NCBI GenBank assembly: GCA_024231025.1
Contig: JAAEQW010000341.1
Coordinates: 54,155 to 118,154, forward strand
Reading direction: 5' to 3'
Source: Candidatus Omnitrophota bacterium
GTDB taxonomy: Bacteria > Omnitrophota > Gorgyraeia > Duberdicusellales > 4484-171
Length of the DNA stretch: 64,000 nt
Of this stretch, positions 8,756-18,027 are shown piece by piece (the stretch's first letter is position 1; every line of letters starts with the position of its first letter). Under the pieces are notes generated by a model, which was not told the DNA's origin, made no database searches, and saw nothing but the letters and a program-made list of their open reading frames with translations. A program made the translations under genes and the position numbers.

Positions 8756-10369
8756 TTATTCATGGCTCCCCGAAGAAACTTCAGGAACAATATCTCCCCG
8801 GAGCACCTGAGTAATATCGCTTCTAAACCTTTTAGACACTATACCAACTTGAACCTTGTCATTTCCTATCTTGATGTGTTGTAAAATCCAATTCAGAATA
8901 AACCTTTTCTGATAAAGTTTAAGGTGATCTTTAAATATCTCATCGAAAGAGCCAAGTAACCGCTTAACATCACCCTCCTCTAAAGACTGTACCTTTACGG
9001 CATTGATCTCACGATTAAGATGATCTATATTATCCATCATCTTTCTACGCCTATCATCCAATTCAGATAGCTTTTGCTCCACGAATGTCCTGCCTTTATC
9101 GATATTCATAAGATTATCCATAACTTTCTTGGCTTTAGCATTCACACTTTCAAGCTCAACGGCAAACACGCGTTTTTGCTCTTTAAGGCTGGGCAGTTGC
9201 CTGCTGAATTTCTCGTTTAGCTTTTCAGTAATCTTATGGAGCATAAGAGGAGTAGAGACGGCTGATTGCGTAAGGCGTTGAACGGCTAATTCGAGTTCCC
9301 GCTCCGGAACCTTAAATTTACACTCATCATTTGTACAGTAATAATAATAGTAAACTTTTCCGCTCTTGCCGTGCCCATTTCTTCCTTCCATTCTTGCACC
9401 ACATTGATGACAGCAAAGCACACCATTAAATATATACGTGTGTTTTGTAGGCTTTGCGCCATTATTCCGATGTTTGTAATTTTCTTTCAAGAGTTGTTGG
9501 GTTTTTTGGAACTTGCTCTCGTCGATAATAGCCGGCCAAACAGCCTTGCAAGTTGAATATCTCATTTTTTCCGGCAAAGATTCTTGTTTTTCAGCTTTAC
9601 GTTTTTTATTGATCTCTTTCATCCCAATATACGCCTTGTTGCTTAAAATCTTCAATATTGAACTATAGCAAAATTTCTTTGCCGGATGATATCTGTCACG
9701 ACGGGAGGTGTACTCTTTTGATAAGTAACCTTTTTTATTTGCTATTATAGCAGTTCTGACAACTGAACCGTTTTCAAGATAGGTATCAAATAGGAAACTT
9801 ACAACTTTAGCCTCCTTTTTATTAGGGATGAGATAACCTTTTTTGTTTTTATCTTCATCATATCCCAACAAAGGAACACCGCCATTAAATAACCCTCGTT
9901 GAGCTCGCGCATAAAGCCCTGAGATTGTTCGCTCGGAACATTGCTCTCGTTCAAATTGGTTTAATGCTCCCATTATCGTAAGGAAACATTTGCCCTGCGA
10001 CGTTGTTGTGTCAAACTGTTCCTTCAGGCAAACAAAATCTACTTTATTTTTATTGAAATAATCAACCATATCCAAAAGATCCCTTGTTGAACGGCTTATC
10101 CTCGACAAAGCAACGCACAGAACAGCATTGATCTTACCATCCTGTATGTCAGACATCATTCTAAGATACTCTGGGCGATTTGTATTCTTAGCAGAAATAC
10201 CTCGATCTACGTATGTGTCTACAATCACCCATTTCTGTTTAGTTGAGCTTGATTTCATCCTGACGTAATCTCGAAGCATCTGTTCTTGATTCTTGAGAGA
10301 CCCTTCTTCCAATTTCGCCTGCTTCTCAGTACTCACGCGTTGATAAAGGCTACATCTTTTTATTTCCAT
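8756..10369 (-). CDS. Large serine recombinase (integrase)
   Basis: YQRVST catalytic motif, SRISR, recombinase domain, Zn ribbon CHQC...YYCTNDEC, coiled coil; last codons overlap a 10-bp tRNA 3'-end copy (8763-8772). Confidence 0.95.
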   Translation of the reverse strand: MEIKRCSLYQRVSTEKQAKLEEGSLKNQEQMLRDYVRMKSSSTKQKWVIVDTYVDRGISAKNTNRPEYLRMMSDIQDGKINAVLCVALSRISRSTRDLLDMVDYFNKNKVDFVCLKEQFDTTTSQGKCFLTIMGALNQFEREQCSERTISGLYARAQRGLFNGGVPLLGYDEDKNKKGYLIPNKKEAKVVSFLFDTYLENGSVVRTAIIANKKGYLSKEYTSRRDRYHPAKKFCYSSILKILSNKAYIGMKEINKKRKAEKQESLPEKMRYSTCKAVWPAIIDESKFQKTQQLLKENYKHRNNGAKPTKHTYIFNGVLCCHQCGARMEGRNGHGKSGKVYYYYYCTNDECKFKVPERELELAVQRLTQSAVSTPLMLHKITEKLNEKFSRQLPSLKEQKRVFAVELESVNAKAKKVMDNLMNIDKGRTFVEQKLSELDDRRRKMMDNIDHLNREINAVKVQSLEEGDVKRLLGSFDEIFKDHLKLYQKRFILNWILQHIKIGNDKVQVGIVSKRFRSDITQVLRGDIVPEVSSGSHE

Positions 10370-10381
10370 TTATGCCTCCTC

Positions 10382-10747
10382 TCATTTTCTGTACCTTTTC
10401 ATCTGCTGGGTAAGATCTACAATTATCCAGCCATCATTTAAACGCGTAGCTTTGTACCTCCCTATAGCAAATCCTGCTTCTATTGCTTGATTGACAAGAT
10501 CGCAGTTGTTAATTATTAGAGCGGAATCATCCATGCTATTCAAAAAGTAAACATCAGGATCATCTATCCACCCTTGTTTTTGAAAAGGAAAGACGCAAAT
10601 ACGACTATGTTCTTTTTGAAAGATAACTTTAGCCATATCAAACTCTCTAGAAACCCATCTCCCGCATCCTTTGCTCAAATAAAGATTCCCTGCATTCCTG
10701 TAACTGCAATAATACATATTGTTTCGTTCAATAATTGTCTCTATCAT
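10382..10747 (-). CDS. Hypothetical protein
   Basis: 121-aa ORF with AAGGAG RBS directly upstream of the integrase. Confidence 0.65.
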   Translation of the reverse strand: MIETIIERNNMYYCSYRNAGNLYLSKGCGRWVSREFDMAKVIFQKEHSRICVFPFQKQGWIDDPDVYFLNSMDDSALIINNCDLVNQAIEAGFAIGRYKATRLNDGWIIVDLTQQMKRYRK

Positions 10748-10859
10748 TTTTATGCTCCTTATGATTTTGTGTTATAAATAGAAATATCCCGTCAGCTATC
10801 AAATGGACTATTTCATCTTCATTTGGATCTGTTACCATTGCTGGATCATTACGTAGCAT
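10728..10859 (-). CDS. Small protein (43 aa) not in the ORF track
   Basis: GAGGAGG RBS then ATG; MLRNDPAMVTDPNEDEIVHLIADGIFLFITQNHKEHKNDRDNY; overlaps the next start by 20 nt. Confidence 0.55.
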   Translation of the reverse strand: MLRNDPAMVTDPNEDEIVHLIADGIFLFITQNHKEHKNDRDNY

Positions 10860-11032
10860 AAAGGCCTCCTCGTTTTCTTGCCTCTATATTGCTAGTTTCC
10901 CATACCAATAACAGACTAAAAAGCATCTGCTATCAGCAATCCAGCAAAACGATTATTCTTTCACTTCGGTATTTATGTCATGACTGACGGCAGGAAATAC
11001 CTTACTCGCTCGAATATCGCTGGCGATTATTA

Positions 11033-11248
11033 TTAAAGCTCTACTTTTTTAAACATCGTGGTTGCGAAGCTGTTTTTTGCGCTCTGAAGAGCTGCATCAA
11101 TCGCCCCGAACATTTTTTCAACTTGCTCTACTGAAAAGGCGTACGACTTGCGCTCCGAACAATTTGCCAGGATTTCTAATTGCTCGATTATTCTGTTCGA
11201 TCTTTTCGTTGCTATCCGCTTGAACCTTTCTTGTGGTGTTTCGCTCAT
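11033..11248 (-). CDS. Small helical protein, paralog of 5058-5279
   Basis: ERFKRIATKRSNRIIEQLEILANCS; AAGGAG RBS favours ATG at 11248. Confidence 0.8.
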   Translation of the reverse strand: MSETPQERFKRIATKRSNRIIEQLEILANCSERKSYAFSVEQVEKMFGAIDAALQSAKNSFATTMFKKVEL

Positions 11249-11310
11249 CGACAATCTCCTTCCGTTAATATAACGCTAATACTCAAGATATGCTCTATAT
11301 CTCATCTGCA

Positions 11311-11342
11311 ATGATTATATCGTATATATATAATCATGTCAA
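11311..11342 (-). promoter_or_regulatory. Consensus sigma70 promoter overlapped by a palindromic operator
   Basis: TTGACA-17 nt-TATAAT on the minus strand; inverted repeat ATGATTATAT/ATATAATCAT at 11311-11337. Confidence 0.8.
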
Positions 11343-11402
11343 GATTATTTTTATAACTTCAGGATAGCCTGAGATTGCTCTAGATTGAGGATTTATTAGC
11401 AA

Positions 11403-11484
11403 AAAAGGTAAAATCCTTTACTCGGTTAAAAACCACCCTACATTTGAATGTAGACGAATTAGACAGCTATTCTGTTATTCTTTT
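11403..11484. repeat. Recombination-site-like repeat R1
   Basis: Ungapped 82-bp match to 12206-12287 (about 65/82 by manual count); palindromes GGTAAA-N4-TTTAC and CTACATT-TG-AATGTAG. Confidence 0.85.
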
Positions 11485-11541
11485 ACGATCACACCCCTCT
11501 TTATCATTTATCTTAAAGCCATGCTGTGATAAAATGACATC

Positions 11542-12186
11542 ATGATTGATTATAACTGGATCTTCAGTGCATTGGTCCAATCCTTAGCCGCAATGATTGG
11601 GGTAATAGGCATGTTTGCGGTATATAGATTGCAAACACAAGAAAAAATAATCGAGAAGAAATTTGAAAAGTTTCGTATATTCTTAGAAGAAAATACAGGA
11701 ACGAAGATAGATAATCCTACGGAAGAAAGAATTATTGAAAAAGCCAAAGGTGTTAGACAGAAATACCAAAAAATCATTAACGATTCCCCAAATAACCTTA
11801 ATGTTATGAAAAATACACAAGGATTCACCGATAGTGCAATGGAACAAGCATCAAGCATAGCCGATGTGGGGATAGAAATATTTAAAAAACATACCATAGA
11901 TATTGATAACTTTAATGCATCTATAGAGCAACATAAAAATAAAAATAAAGATATATCTAAACAAGCTTTAGATATAGTAGGTCAACTAGTTTTTCTGTTT
12001 GGTTTAAGCGTGTTAGTGCTTATATTTAGTAAAGTACTTACTGTGACAAATACTGAGTTGTTTGAACCGGGAACAATGACAGTAGTATACGGAGGGCTTG
12101 TTGTTCTAACTATAGTCTCTATTTATCTTGTCATTTTGTTGCGTACTATATATGTTTTCTGCAACACCTGTTTTTCTGTTAAGTAA
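11542..12186 (+). CDS. Hypothetical membrane protein (one N-terminal and two C-terminal TM helices, coiled central part)
   Basis: 214-aa ORF lying exactly between repeats R1 and R2. Confidence 0.75.
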   Translation: MIDYNWIFSALVQSLAAMIGVIGMFAVYRLQTQEKIIEKKFEKFRIFLEENTGTKIDNPTEERIIEKAKGVRQKYQKIINDSPNNLNVMKNTQGFTDSAMEQASSIADVGIEIFKKHTIDIDNFNASIEQHKNKNKDISKQALDIVGQLVFLFGLSVLVLIFSKVLTVTNTELFEPGTMTVVYGGLVVLTIVSIYLVILLRTIYVFCNTCFSVK

Positions 12187-12205
12187 CTGATTTTAAAATA
12201 GACTT

Positions 12206-12287
12206 AAAAGGTAAAATTCTTTACCCTATCAAAAGCTACTCTACATTTAAATACAGACGAATTAGAAAGCTACTCCTATCTTCTTTT
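12206..12287. repeat. Recombination-site-like repeat R2, overlapping the recombinase stop codon
   Basis: Direct repeat of 11403-11484. Confidence 0.85.
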
Positions 12288-13053
12288 GTGCTTTGAGGAA
12301 TAATCGCTTTGAGACAATGGGCGGGTGTGTTCCTTGGACATGAAAATTACCAAAGCTGGTTTCACCATAATACATCTTATTTCTTAAAACATACTTTAAA
12401 GATTGAATCTGAAATTGTTTACCTCGTTTAGTGGTTGCTCGTAACTTATTAAGCTTACGAACAATGGTTGTATATTTATGTCCCTTAACTAGCCACCTAA
12501 ATATTCTGACTACGTTCTTAGCTTCAGTTGGTTTAATCTCGAGCTTCTTGCCAACCTTAACATAACCAAAAGGTATCGGTCCAGACCCACGTTCACCGTT
12601 CTTAGCGTTATTAATTCTCCCGTCTTTAAGGCGGGCAGTAATAACGTCCTTTTCTAATTCAGCAAAAACATCAGCAATACGCTTAAAAGCTTTCTGTAAA
12701 GGGTCATCTAGATTATATTCTGGGTCTACTACAGAATTAATCTCGATGTCATGTTTCTTGAATTGTGTCTCAAGCCAAAGAGATACAGTCAACTCGCGAC
12801 TCAACCTATCTTGTTTGTAAACAATGACATTATCAATAAGACCATCTTCGCAATCCTTTAATAGTCGCAACAAACCCGGCCTTTCTTTTATCGCACCACT
12901 AATACCCTTATCTTCATAAAATCTGTTAAGCTCCAGATTCTTATCCTTACAATATGCCTCAATCTTATCTCTCTGGATTTCTAATCCTTCGCCGTTTTCG
13001 ACTTGATTAGCAGTTGATACTCTGAGATACCCTACATTATATCTAGATTGCAT
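12262..13053 (-). CDS. Serine recombinase (resolvase catalytic + recombinase domain, no Zn ribbon)
   Basis: GYLRVST, DKGISG...RPGL, DRLSR, PFGY, NKMYYG, HPPIVS. Confidence 0.93.
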   Translation of the reverse strand: MQSRYNVGYLRVSTANQVENGEGLEIQRDKIEAYCKDKNLELNRFYEDKGISGAIKERPGLLRLLKDCEDGLIDNVIVYKQDRLSRELTVSLWLETQFKKHDIEINSVVDPEYNLDDPLQKAFKRIADVFAELEKDVITARLKDGRINNAKNGERGSGPIPFGYVKVGKKLEIKPTEAKNVVRIFRWLVKGHKYTTIVRKLNKLRATTKRGKQFQIQSLKYVLRNKMYYGETSFGNFHVQGTHPPIVSKRLFLKAQKKIGVAF

Positions 13054-13072
13054 AAGAATTACCCTCCCAATA

Positions 13073-13106
13073 CAATAGATAAACCATCGAGGAATTAAAA
13101 TGTCAA
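13073..13106 (-). promoter_or_regulatory. Promoter/operator motif shared with the polymerase upstream region
   Basis: TTGACA-N11-CGATGGTTTATCTATTG; same motif and spacing at 19965-19998. Confidence 0.65.
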
Positions 13107-13221
13107 GTTTCGTGTTGAAATAGTTGCCTAAGGCAGATCAGAAACAGTGTCAGGGAGAGTGCATATTGCAAGATGGGTAATGATTTATGGCTGGAAAAGT
13201 TAAAGATTTTTAAAAAAATGT

Positions 13222-14370
13222 TTAGTTCTTGCCGATAACGTATTTTTTAAAATAGTTCTTAGTACCTCCGAAGTACGTTTTAACCCTAGCAATACCAAAA
13301 AAATCATAATATCGCTTAGTAGTGGATCCATCCTGTGCTATGTCTCGTTTTTTAGCATATCGTGCATAAAATGGCTTGTCTTTTGGAGATAGAACGACAT
13401 CAATGCATGCGCTTGGTCGTATCGCCCGTCTAAGAAGCGTTCTTAGGTGATAGTCGGCTTCTGGCAAAGAATACCCCACAAAAACAACCCTATCCGCTGT
13501 GGCTAATTCTGCGTAAGCATTATACCATACTGTCCTTATATGAATATTATCAAAATTCTTTTCAAAGGTCGGCGTAATAATATACGGTTGCAAGACGTGT
13601 TTGTTCTTTTTTCTTCTTACTGTGTGCCCTAGACAATGCTTACAAAAACTATCTTGCACGTACAGTTTTCGCCCCTCATTTGCCCCTAACCCTGTATACA
13701 TCCTGTTACAGTTGGGACAAAAAAGCCAATTAATGGAGCCATGTAGTTTAAGAATTTTTATTCTGTTTTTTTCCTCTTGATTAACAGGCGGAATGGCTAT
13801 CCCGTCACAATCTTCCTTTAGTCGCAAAATGCAACAACAAAAATCTGTGCTGATTTGTTGCTTTTTGTTTTTTGTTTTCTTGGTAATTTTATACACAGAG
13901 TCTTCTAGCAAAGAGTCCCAATTCAAAGATATTACGCTGAGCCTATTTCCTCTTGACCGTTTTTTTATCGTCTCTTTAACAAAATGACTTGCTAAAGAAT
14001 CATAAAATTTATCACCGGTAGTTTCTGAACGTAAAGAAGCTTCATGGAATACAGTTAAAATAAGCCGTTTCAAATCGTCTCTAATACTGTCTAACTCTTT
14101 CCAAGAATAATCAAAACAATTACGTCGTTGCGCTATGGTTTGATCTAGCAATGTAAATAAGTCTTCTAGACTAGGTAGGGCGTTGGGATAAAATATCTGA
14201 TCAATAAATTCTCTGAGCTCTTTTCTCCGAACAAGACTTTCGCCATACAATATATCAAACTTTTGGGAAAAAACTTTAGTTAAAATGAGTCGCTGCAAGG
14301 GAAACCCCGCACCATACGAGAATCCTGCTCCGAATACATAAACTGTCTTGGTAGGTAGGGCTGTTCTCAC
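13222..14370 (-). CDS. SIR2-family protein (putative NADase effector) with Zn ribbon
   Basis: VFGAGFS, SLNWD, KLHGSINW, CPNC/CKHC, VGYSLPEAD; GTG start overlapping the upstream TGA. Confidence 0.88.
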   Translation of the reverse strand: MRTALPTKTVYVFGAGFSYGAGFPLQRLILTKVFSQKFDILYGESLVRRKELREFIDQIFYPNALPSLEDLFTLLDQTIAQRRNCFDYSWKELDSIRDDLKRLILTVFHEASLRSETTGDKFYDSLASHFVKETIKKRSRGNRLSVISLNWDSLLEDSVYKITKKTKNKKQQISTDFCCCILRLKEDCDGIAIPPVNQEEKNRIKILKLHGSINWLFCPNCNRMYTGLGANEGRKLYVQDSFCKHCLGHTVRRKKNKHVLQPYIITPTFEKNFDNIHIRTVWYNAYAELATADRVVFVGYSLPEADYHLRTLLRRAIRPSACIDVVLSPKDKPFYARYAKKRDIAQDGSTTKRYYDFFGIARVKTYFGGTKNYFKKYVIGKN

Positions 14371-15722
14371 TTCAGTTTGAAATGTTGGTTTAGCACCTTG
14401 GCCCATACAATACAGTGTCGAACACCGTCTGGCCCAAGAACTTTTTCTAGAGTGCCTTTAGTTTTATTAAGATTTCTAACAATTTCTTTTATGGTCGGCG
14501 TGTTATGATACTCCCGTTTCTTGCACCACATATAATGTGTCACAGTCTTGTTTTTTGTCTCGGTAGCCGGGTATGGCTTGCCTTTTGCAGAATGCTTCAT
14601 TTCTCCATATTCTTTAAATTCACTTTCCGGATTATTTTTTATAATATCCTTACACATTTTACAACTACAAACCGTTTTATAATATCCTGTGATTGTTTTT
14701 GAACCCCCCACAGCACGAAGGGCACGAAGGGCATCGCGGAAAAGAAGTCGCGTGTGTAGTTGTGGAAAATAAAATTTTGCCGCAGGAAAGCCTCCACCCA
14801 CAGGAACAACTCCACGATATTCACCGTATTCTAAACTATGTGCGACCCCTACTAGATTTGGCGTTATCCCGCTTTTGCCTAAAGCCACGGAAAAAAATCC
14901 CCCGTACAGATTTGCTACTGGAGCAATTTGCCCTAGCCTATTAATTAAATTAATTAAGGCTTCTAGCTTTATGGCCGAAGCATCTTGTTCATACAAATCG
15001 TCTACCCACAATAAGAAAATGTCCGGCTTAACTTTTGCATATTCTTCTACGAGCATATCAATTTTTTCATTATCTATTAAGATATCCTGAGATATAACAA
15101 TTTGGCTTGCCAAAGGTTTCTTTTTTGCCTTTAAAATTTTCTTAGAAATTTTAGAACACATTACATTTACCTGCAACCACTTTTTAAATTCACTTTCGAA
15201 TAAGTAAAAATATGGTGCTACAATAGTTGTCGGAGAAAACATATCCGACACTTTTAGCCCGATATATCTGTAATACTTTGCAGCATCGGATCCTTCCAAT
15301 TCCCTAGAAACGGTTTCCAGCTGAAAGTTAATAACTCTCTGACAAAACCCCCGTGTTACTGACGAATCTTTAAAATCTTTGGGAATAAGTGGTCGTTTTT
15401 TATTAAGTATGCTCGTTTCTACAGGCTCACCGAAGGCATCTATTAATTTTTTAATTGATTTCTTTATTTGCCCTTTTGATTTTTCAGATTGAGACTCTAT
15501 AAGGCTCAAATCATGCTGAAAGGCATGCGTTTGAGGGTCTATTATATACGGCTTATTTTTTGCCTTTGTGGAAATAAACATAGCTATCGCGCTTGTCATA
15601 TATGCCATAATGTTTGCATTCACAATAAGCTGATCATAGGTGGCCAAAAGACTGCCTAGCAAAAACTTCTGATCAGCGGCTGTTCCAAACCGTACTAAAT
15701 GAAATCCTGCTATTGGCTTCAT
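14367..15722 (-). CDS. Uncharacterised alpha/beta protein with C-terminal CxCxxC...H Zn site (beta-family / TGT-like)
   Basis: IIDPQT, IVAPYF, FYFPQLH, CSCKMC...THY; ATG at 15722 overlaps the upstream TGA. Confidence 0.6.
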   Translation of the reverse strand: MKPIAGFHLVRFGTAADQKFLLGSLLATYDQLIVNANIMAYMTSAIAMFISTKAKNKPYIIDPQTHAFQHDLSLIESQSEKSKGQIKKSIKKLIDAFGEPVETSILNKKRPLIPKDFKDSSVTRGFCQRVINFQLETVSRELEGSDAAKYYRYIGLKVSDMFSPTTIVAPYFYLFESEFKKWLQVNVMCSKISKKILKAKKKPLASQIVISQDILIDNEKIDMLVEEYAKVKPDIFLLWVDDLYEQDASAIKLEALINLINRLGQIAPVANLYGGFFSVALGKSGITPNLVGVAHSLEYGEYRGVVPVGGGFPAAKFYFPQLHTRLLFRDALRALRAVGGSKTITGYYKTVCSCKMCKDIIKNNPESEFKEYGEMKHSAKGKPYPATETKNKTVTHYMWCKKREYHNTPTIKEIVRNLNKTKGTLEKVLGPDGVRHCIVWAKVLNQHFKLK

Positions 15723-16138
15723 GCTTCCTGAACGTCTTGTTTGTTTTTTTGGATATACTTTTTTATCCATGTTTTTCCTACTCGCCAAATTTCTCTAGAG
15801 CGTGGTGCTGATATAACCTCTTCAAATGGCCACCGTCCGTCCTCGCGATAAAACTTAAGACCAACTCCTGCTGATTTGAGGGCTCTCCTCATTTCTTGCG
15901 TAATTTTGCGCTTGGGCATACACACGTAAGAAAAGTCTGCTCCTAATTTATGGTCGTATGATTGTCGTATCGCTCTGCGCCAATTGAAAAGCTTAAACTC
16001 TATGGCAACAACTGTATTATTTTCAATATAAACTAGATCCGCAAACCTCCCCAACACAGGAACCTCACGGCACACATCCATTGAGAAATGTTGCGTCAAT
16101 CGTTTATAAGCACTATCCACAAGGGTTCGTTCACACAT
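15719..16138 (-). CDS. Small PD-(D/E)xK nuclease-fold protein (MmcB/sce7726-like)
   Basis: REV...ADL...AIEFK...AIRQ...ADFSYV pattern. Confidence 0.72.
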   Translation of the reverse strand: MCERTLVDSAYKRLTQHFSMDVCREVPVLGRFADLVYIENNTVVAIEFKLFNWRRAIRQSYDHKLGADFSYVCMPKRKITQEMRRALKSAGVGLKFYREDGRWPFEEVISAPRSREIWRVGKTWIKKYIQKNKQDVQEA

Positions 16139-16724
16139 TGCGCTTCTTAAAAATCCTTTCCGCTATTTTGGAGTTTGTTGCCATTTTAGGATATTTTGTA
16201 TAAACATATCTCAACAGAGCATACAAAGAGATCTCTAAGCAACGACATTTAAAAGTATGAACACCCTCCCATTGCTCTGCTGTTAAATTTCCCAAATTGC
16301 CATCTTTAACAAAATTTAAACCATTGTTCGTTAAAGAAAATTCAACTGCGTTATTGCGCTCGTTATCAGAACCACCTGCTATTCCTGAACTCACCTGCCA
16401 ATATTCATACTCACACATATCTTCTTCTGCCTCCTTGTCCGAACACGAAGGCCGCGGATTTACAAAGCCAAGGTTAACTAAAAACTCTAGGTCTGCGTAG
16501 ATTTGATCCGCAAAAGGTCCATAGTCATACGGCTGGAAGTCAGGAAAAGCAGAGTCCGGAATGGCTTTTTCCAAATTGAACTTAGCACGGATTTCTTTCT
16601 GAAACAAGAAAACCATTTTTACCATACGAATGCGTGTTCGTATCGGTTCGTTCTTTTGCCCCTTATATCCTTTGGCATAAAGCAATAGCATTATAATATC
16701 TTTTGTGCTTGTTATTTTCGCCAT
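16131..16724 (-). CDS. Winged-helix protein of Panacea/SocA(DUF4065)/YwgA type
   Basis: RIRMVKMVFL...FQPYDYGPF..IYADLEFL and LLRYVYTKYP motifs. Confidence 0.65.
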   Translation of the reverse strand: MAKITSTKDIIMLLLYAKGYKGQKNEPIRTRIRMVKMVFLFQKEIRAKFNLEKAIPDSAFPDFQPYDYGPFADQIYADLEFLVNLGFVNPRPSCSDKEAEEDMCEYEYWQVSSGIAGGSDNERNNAVEFSLTNNGLNFVKDGNLGNLTAEQWEGVHTFKCRCLEISLYALLRYVYTKYPKMATNSKIAERIFKKRNV

Positions 16725-16891
16725 GTTTCCCTTTGCATGTTCTTGCCTCTATTTTTATTATAAATCCGTTTCCGGCATAATCAAGAACTTCTTGGCCCGG
16801 CATTTTCGCTGTTTTTGATCTCCACACTACACCTTATATAACAAAGGGTTTGTTTTATTGACACCTGTTTCATTCTTACTATAATAAAGCC

Positions 16892-17701
16892 ATGAAAGAA
16901 ATCGATACTTATTTATTCCACTACGCAGAAAAACAATATGACACCCAAACTGCTTTACTAAGAGACATAAACACAAAGATAGCCAATGTGCTTGTTGCTA
17001 TAGGTTTTTTGTTAACCCTCACTGCCTATCTGGCTAATGCTATATTTAAATTACAATTAGAGCCATGGTTGCTCTTACCACTCTTAACCCCCTCGATCCT
17101 GGGTGCATATAGCTTCTTAAGGGCTCTAGGCAGAGTTATACATTTTTTGAGGCTCCAAGAATATAAGCTACCGTCTATGGAGGCAGACATTCAAAAGGCA
17201 ATCATAGATCTGCAAAAGAAAAACAAAGATGAAACAAACGAAAGTGATATTCTTCAGGATCTTACCCAAAATTATATTACAGCTTTTAATGATAACATGA
17301 CTTCGGGATCAGAAAGGCACAAGCTTTTCAAGATTCTCGTCAACTATATTCGTAACGGGATTATATCAATTATTATATCTTTTGTGGTTTTATTTTTTAT
17401 AAAAACACCCACCTGTCTATTGACCGGTAAAGAAAAAAGGGAGGAAGTAAAAATGATAAGGAACATGGACCAGGAAAAAGAAGAAGAGCAAAAACAAGAC
17501 AATGAGCCTAACAACGAAAAAAATAATAGTGCCCAGCCTCAGGAACCGTCACAGGAACCTGAAAAAACTCAACAACCGTCTGTTCTCGGCAATCCAACGC
17601 TAGTGACAGCGTCTGATCATTCTACAGATTCTGAAACGGTGAGTTCTGACGATAATAAATCAGAAAGCAAGCCAGAAAACGAATCAGAAAAACAGGAATA
17701 A
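16892..17701 (+). CDS. Hypothetical membrane protein with acidic low-complexity tail
   Basis: Three hydrophobic segments; Q/E/N/S/P-rich C-terminus. Confidence 0.7.
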   Translation: MKEIDTYLFHYAEKQYDTQTALLRDINTKIANVLVAIGFLLTLTAYLANAIFKLQLEPWLLLPLLTPSILGAYSFLRALGRVIHFLRLQEYKLPSMEADIQKAIIDLQKKNKDETNESDILQDLTQNYITAFNDNMTSGSERHKLFKILVNYIRNGIISIIISFVVLFFIKTPTCLLTGKEKREEVKMIRNMDQEKEEEQKQDNEPNNEKNNSAQPQEPSQEPEKTQQPSVLGNPTLVTASDHSTDSETVSSDDNKSESKPENESEKQE

Positions 17702-17826
17702 AGGCATATGTCTGAGCGCAATAAGACGTATTAACTACTCCTGCCACGGGTTAAAATTCAGCTATCAAAGTAATGGTACAAGTATCCATAAACCCATTAC
17801 CCTGATGTTCCGTATTTACAAAATAC

Positions 17827-18000
17827 TTATACAGATCCTCTCAAAAGCAAGTCAAACACGCAAATAACTGTTACAATTATTGTAATAATCGCGAGAAGTT
17901 TCACAACGATGCCTTCTTTTCGGTCTCCCGACCTTGTCAAAAACGAAATCATTCTCGTAGTCACATAAAACCCTATCATCATCCCGATTGATGGTATCAT
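17827..18000 (-). CDS. Small two-TM membrane protein (57 aa) not in the ORF track
   Basis: AAGGAGG RBS; MIPSIGMMIGFYVTTRMISFLTRSGDRKEGIVVKLLAIITIIVTVICVFDLLLRGSV. Confidence 0.65.
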   Translation of the reverse strand: MIPSIGMMIGFYVTTRMISFLTRSGDRKEGIVVKLLAIITIIVTVICVFDLLLRGSV

Positions 18001-18027
18001 CTACAACCTCCTTTTGTGTGATTCATG

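Noticed and set aside
8252-8810. ORFs 8252-8572 (-) and 8499-8810 (+)
   Set aside because: They traverse REP, terminators, repeats and att sites; no coding signature.
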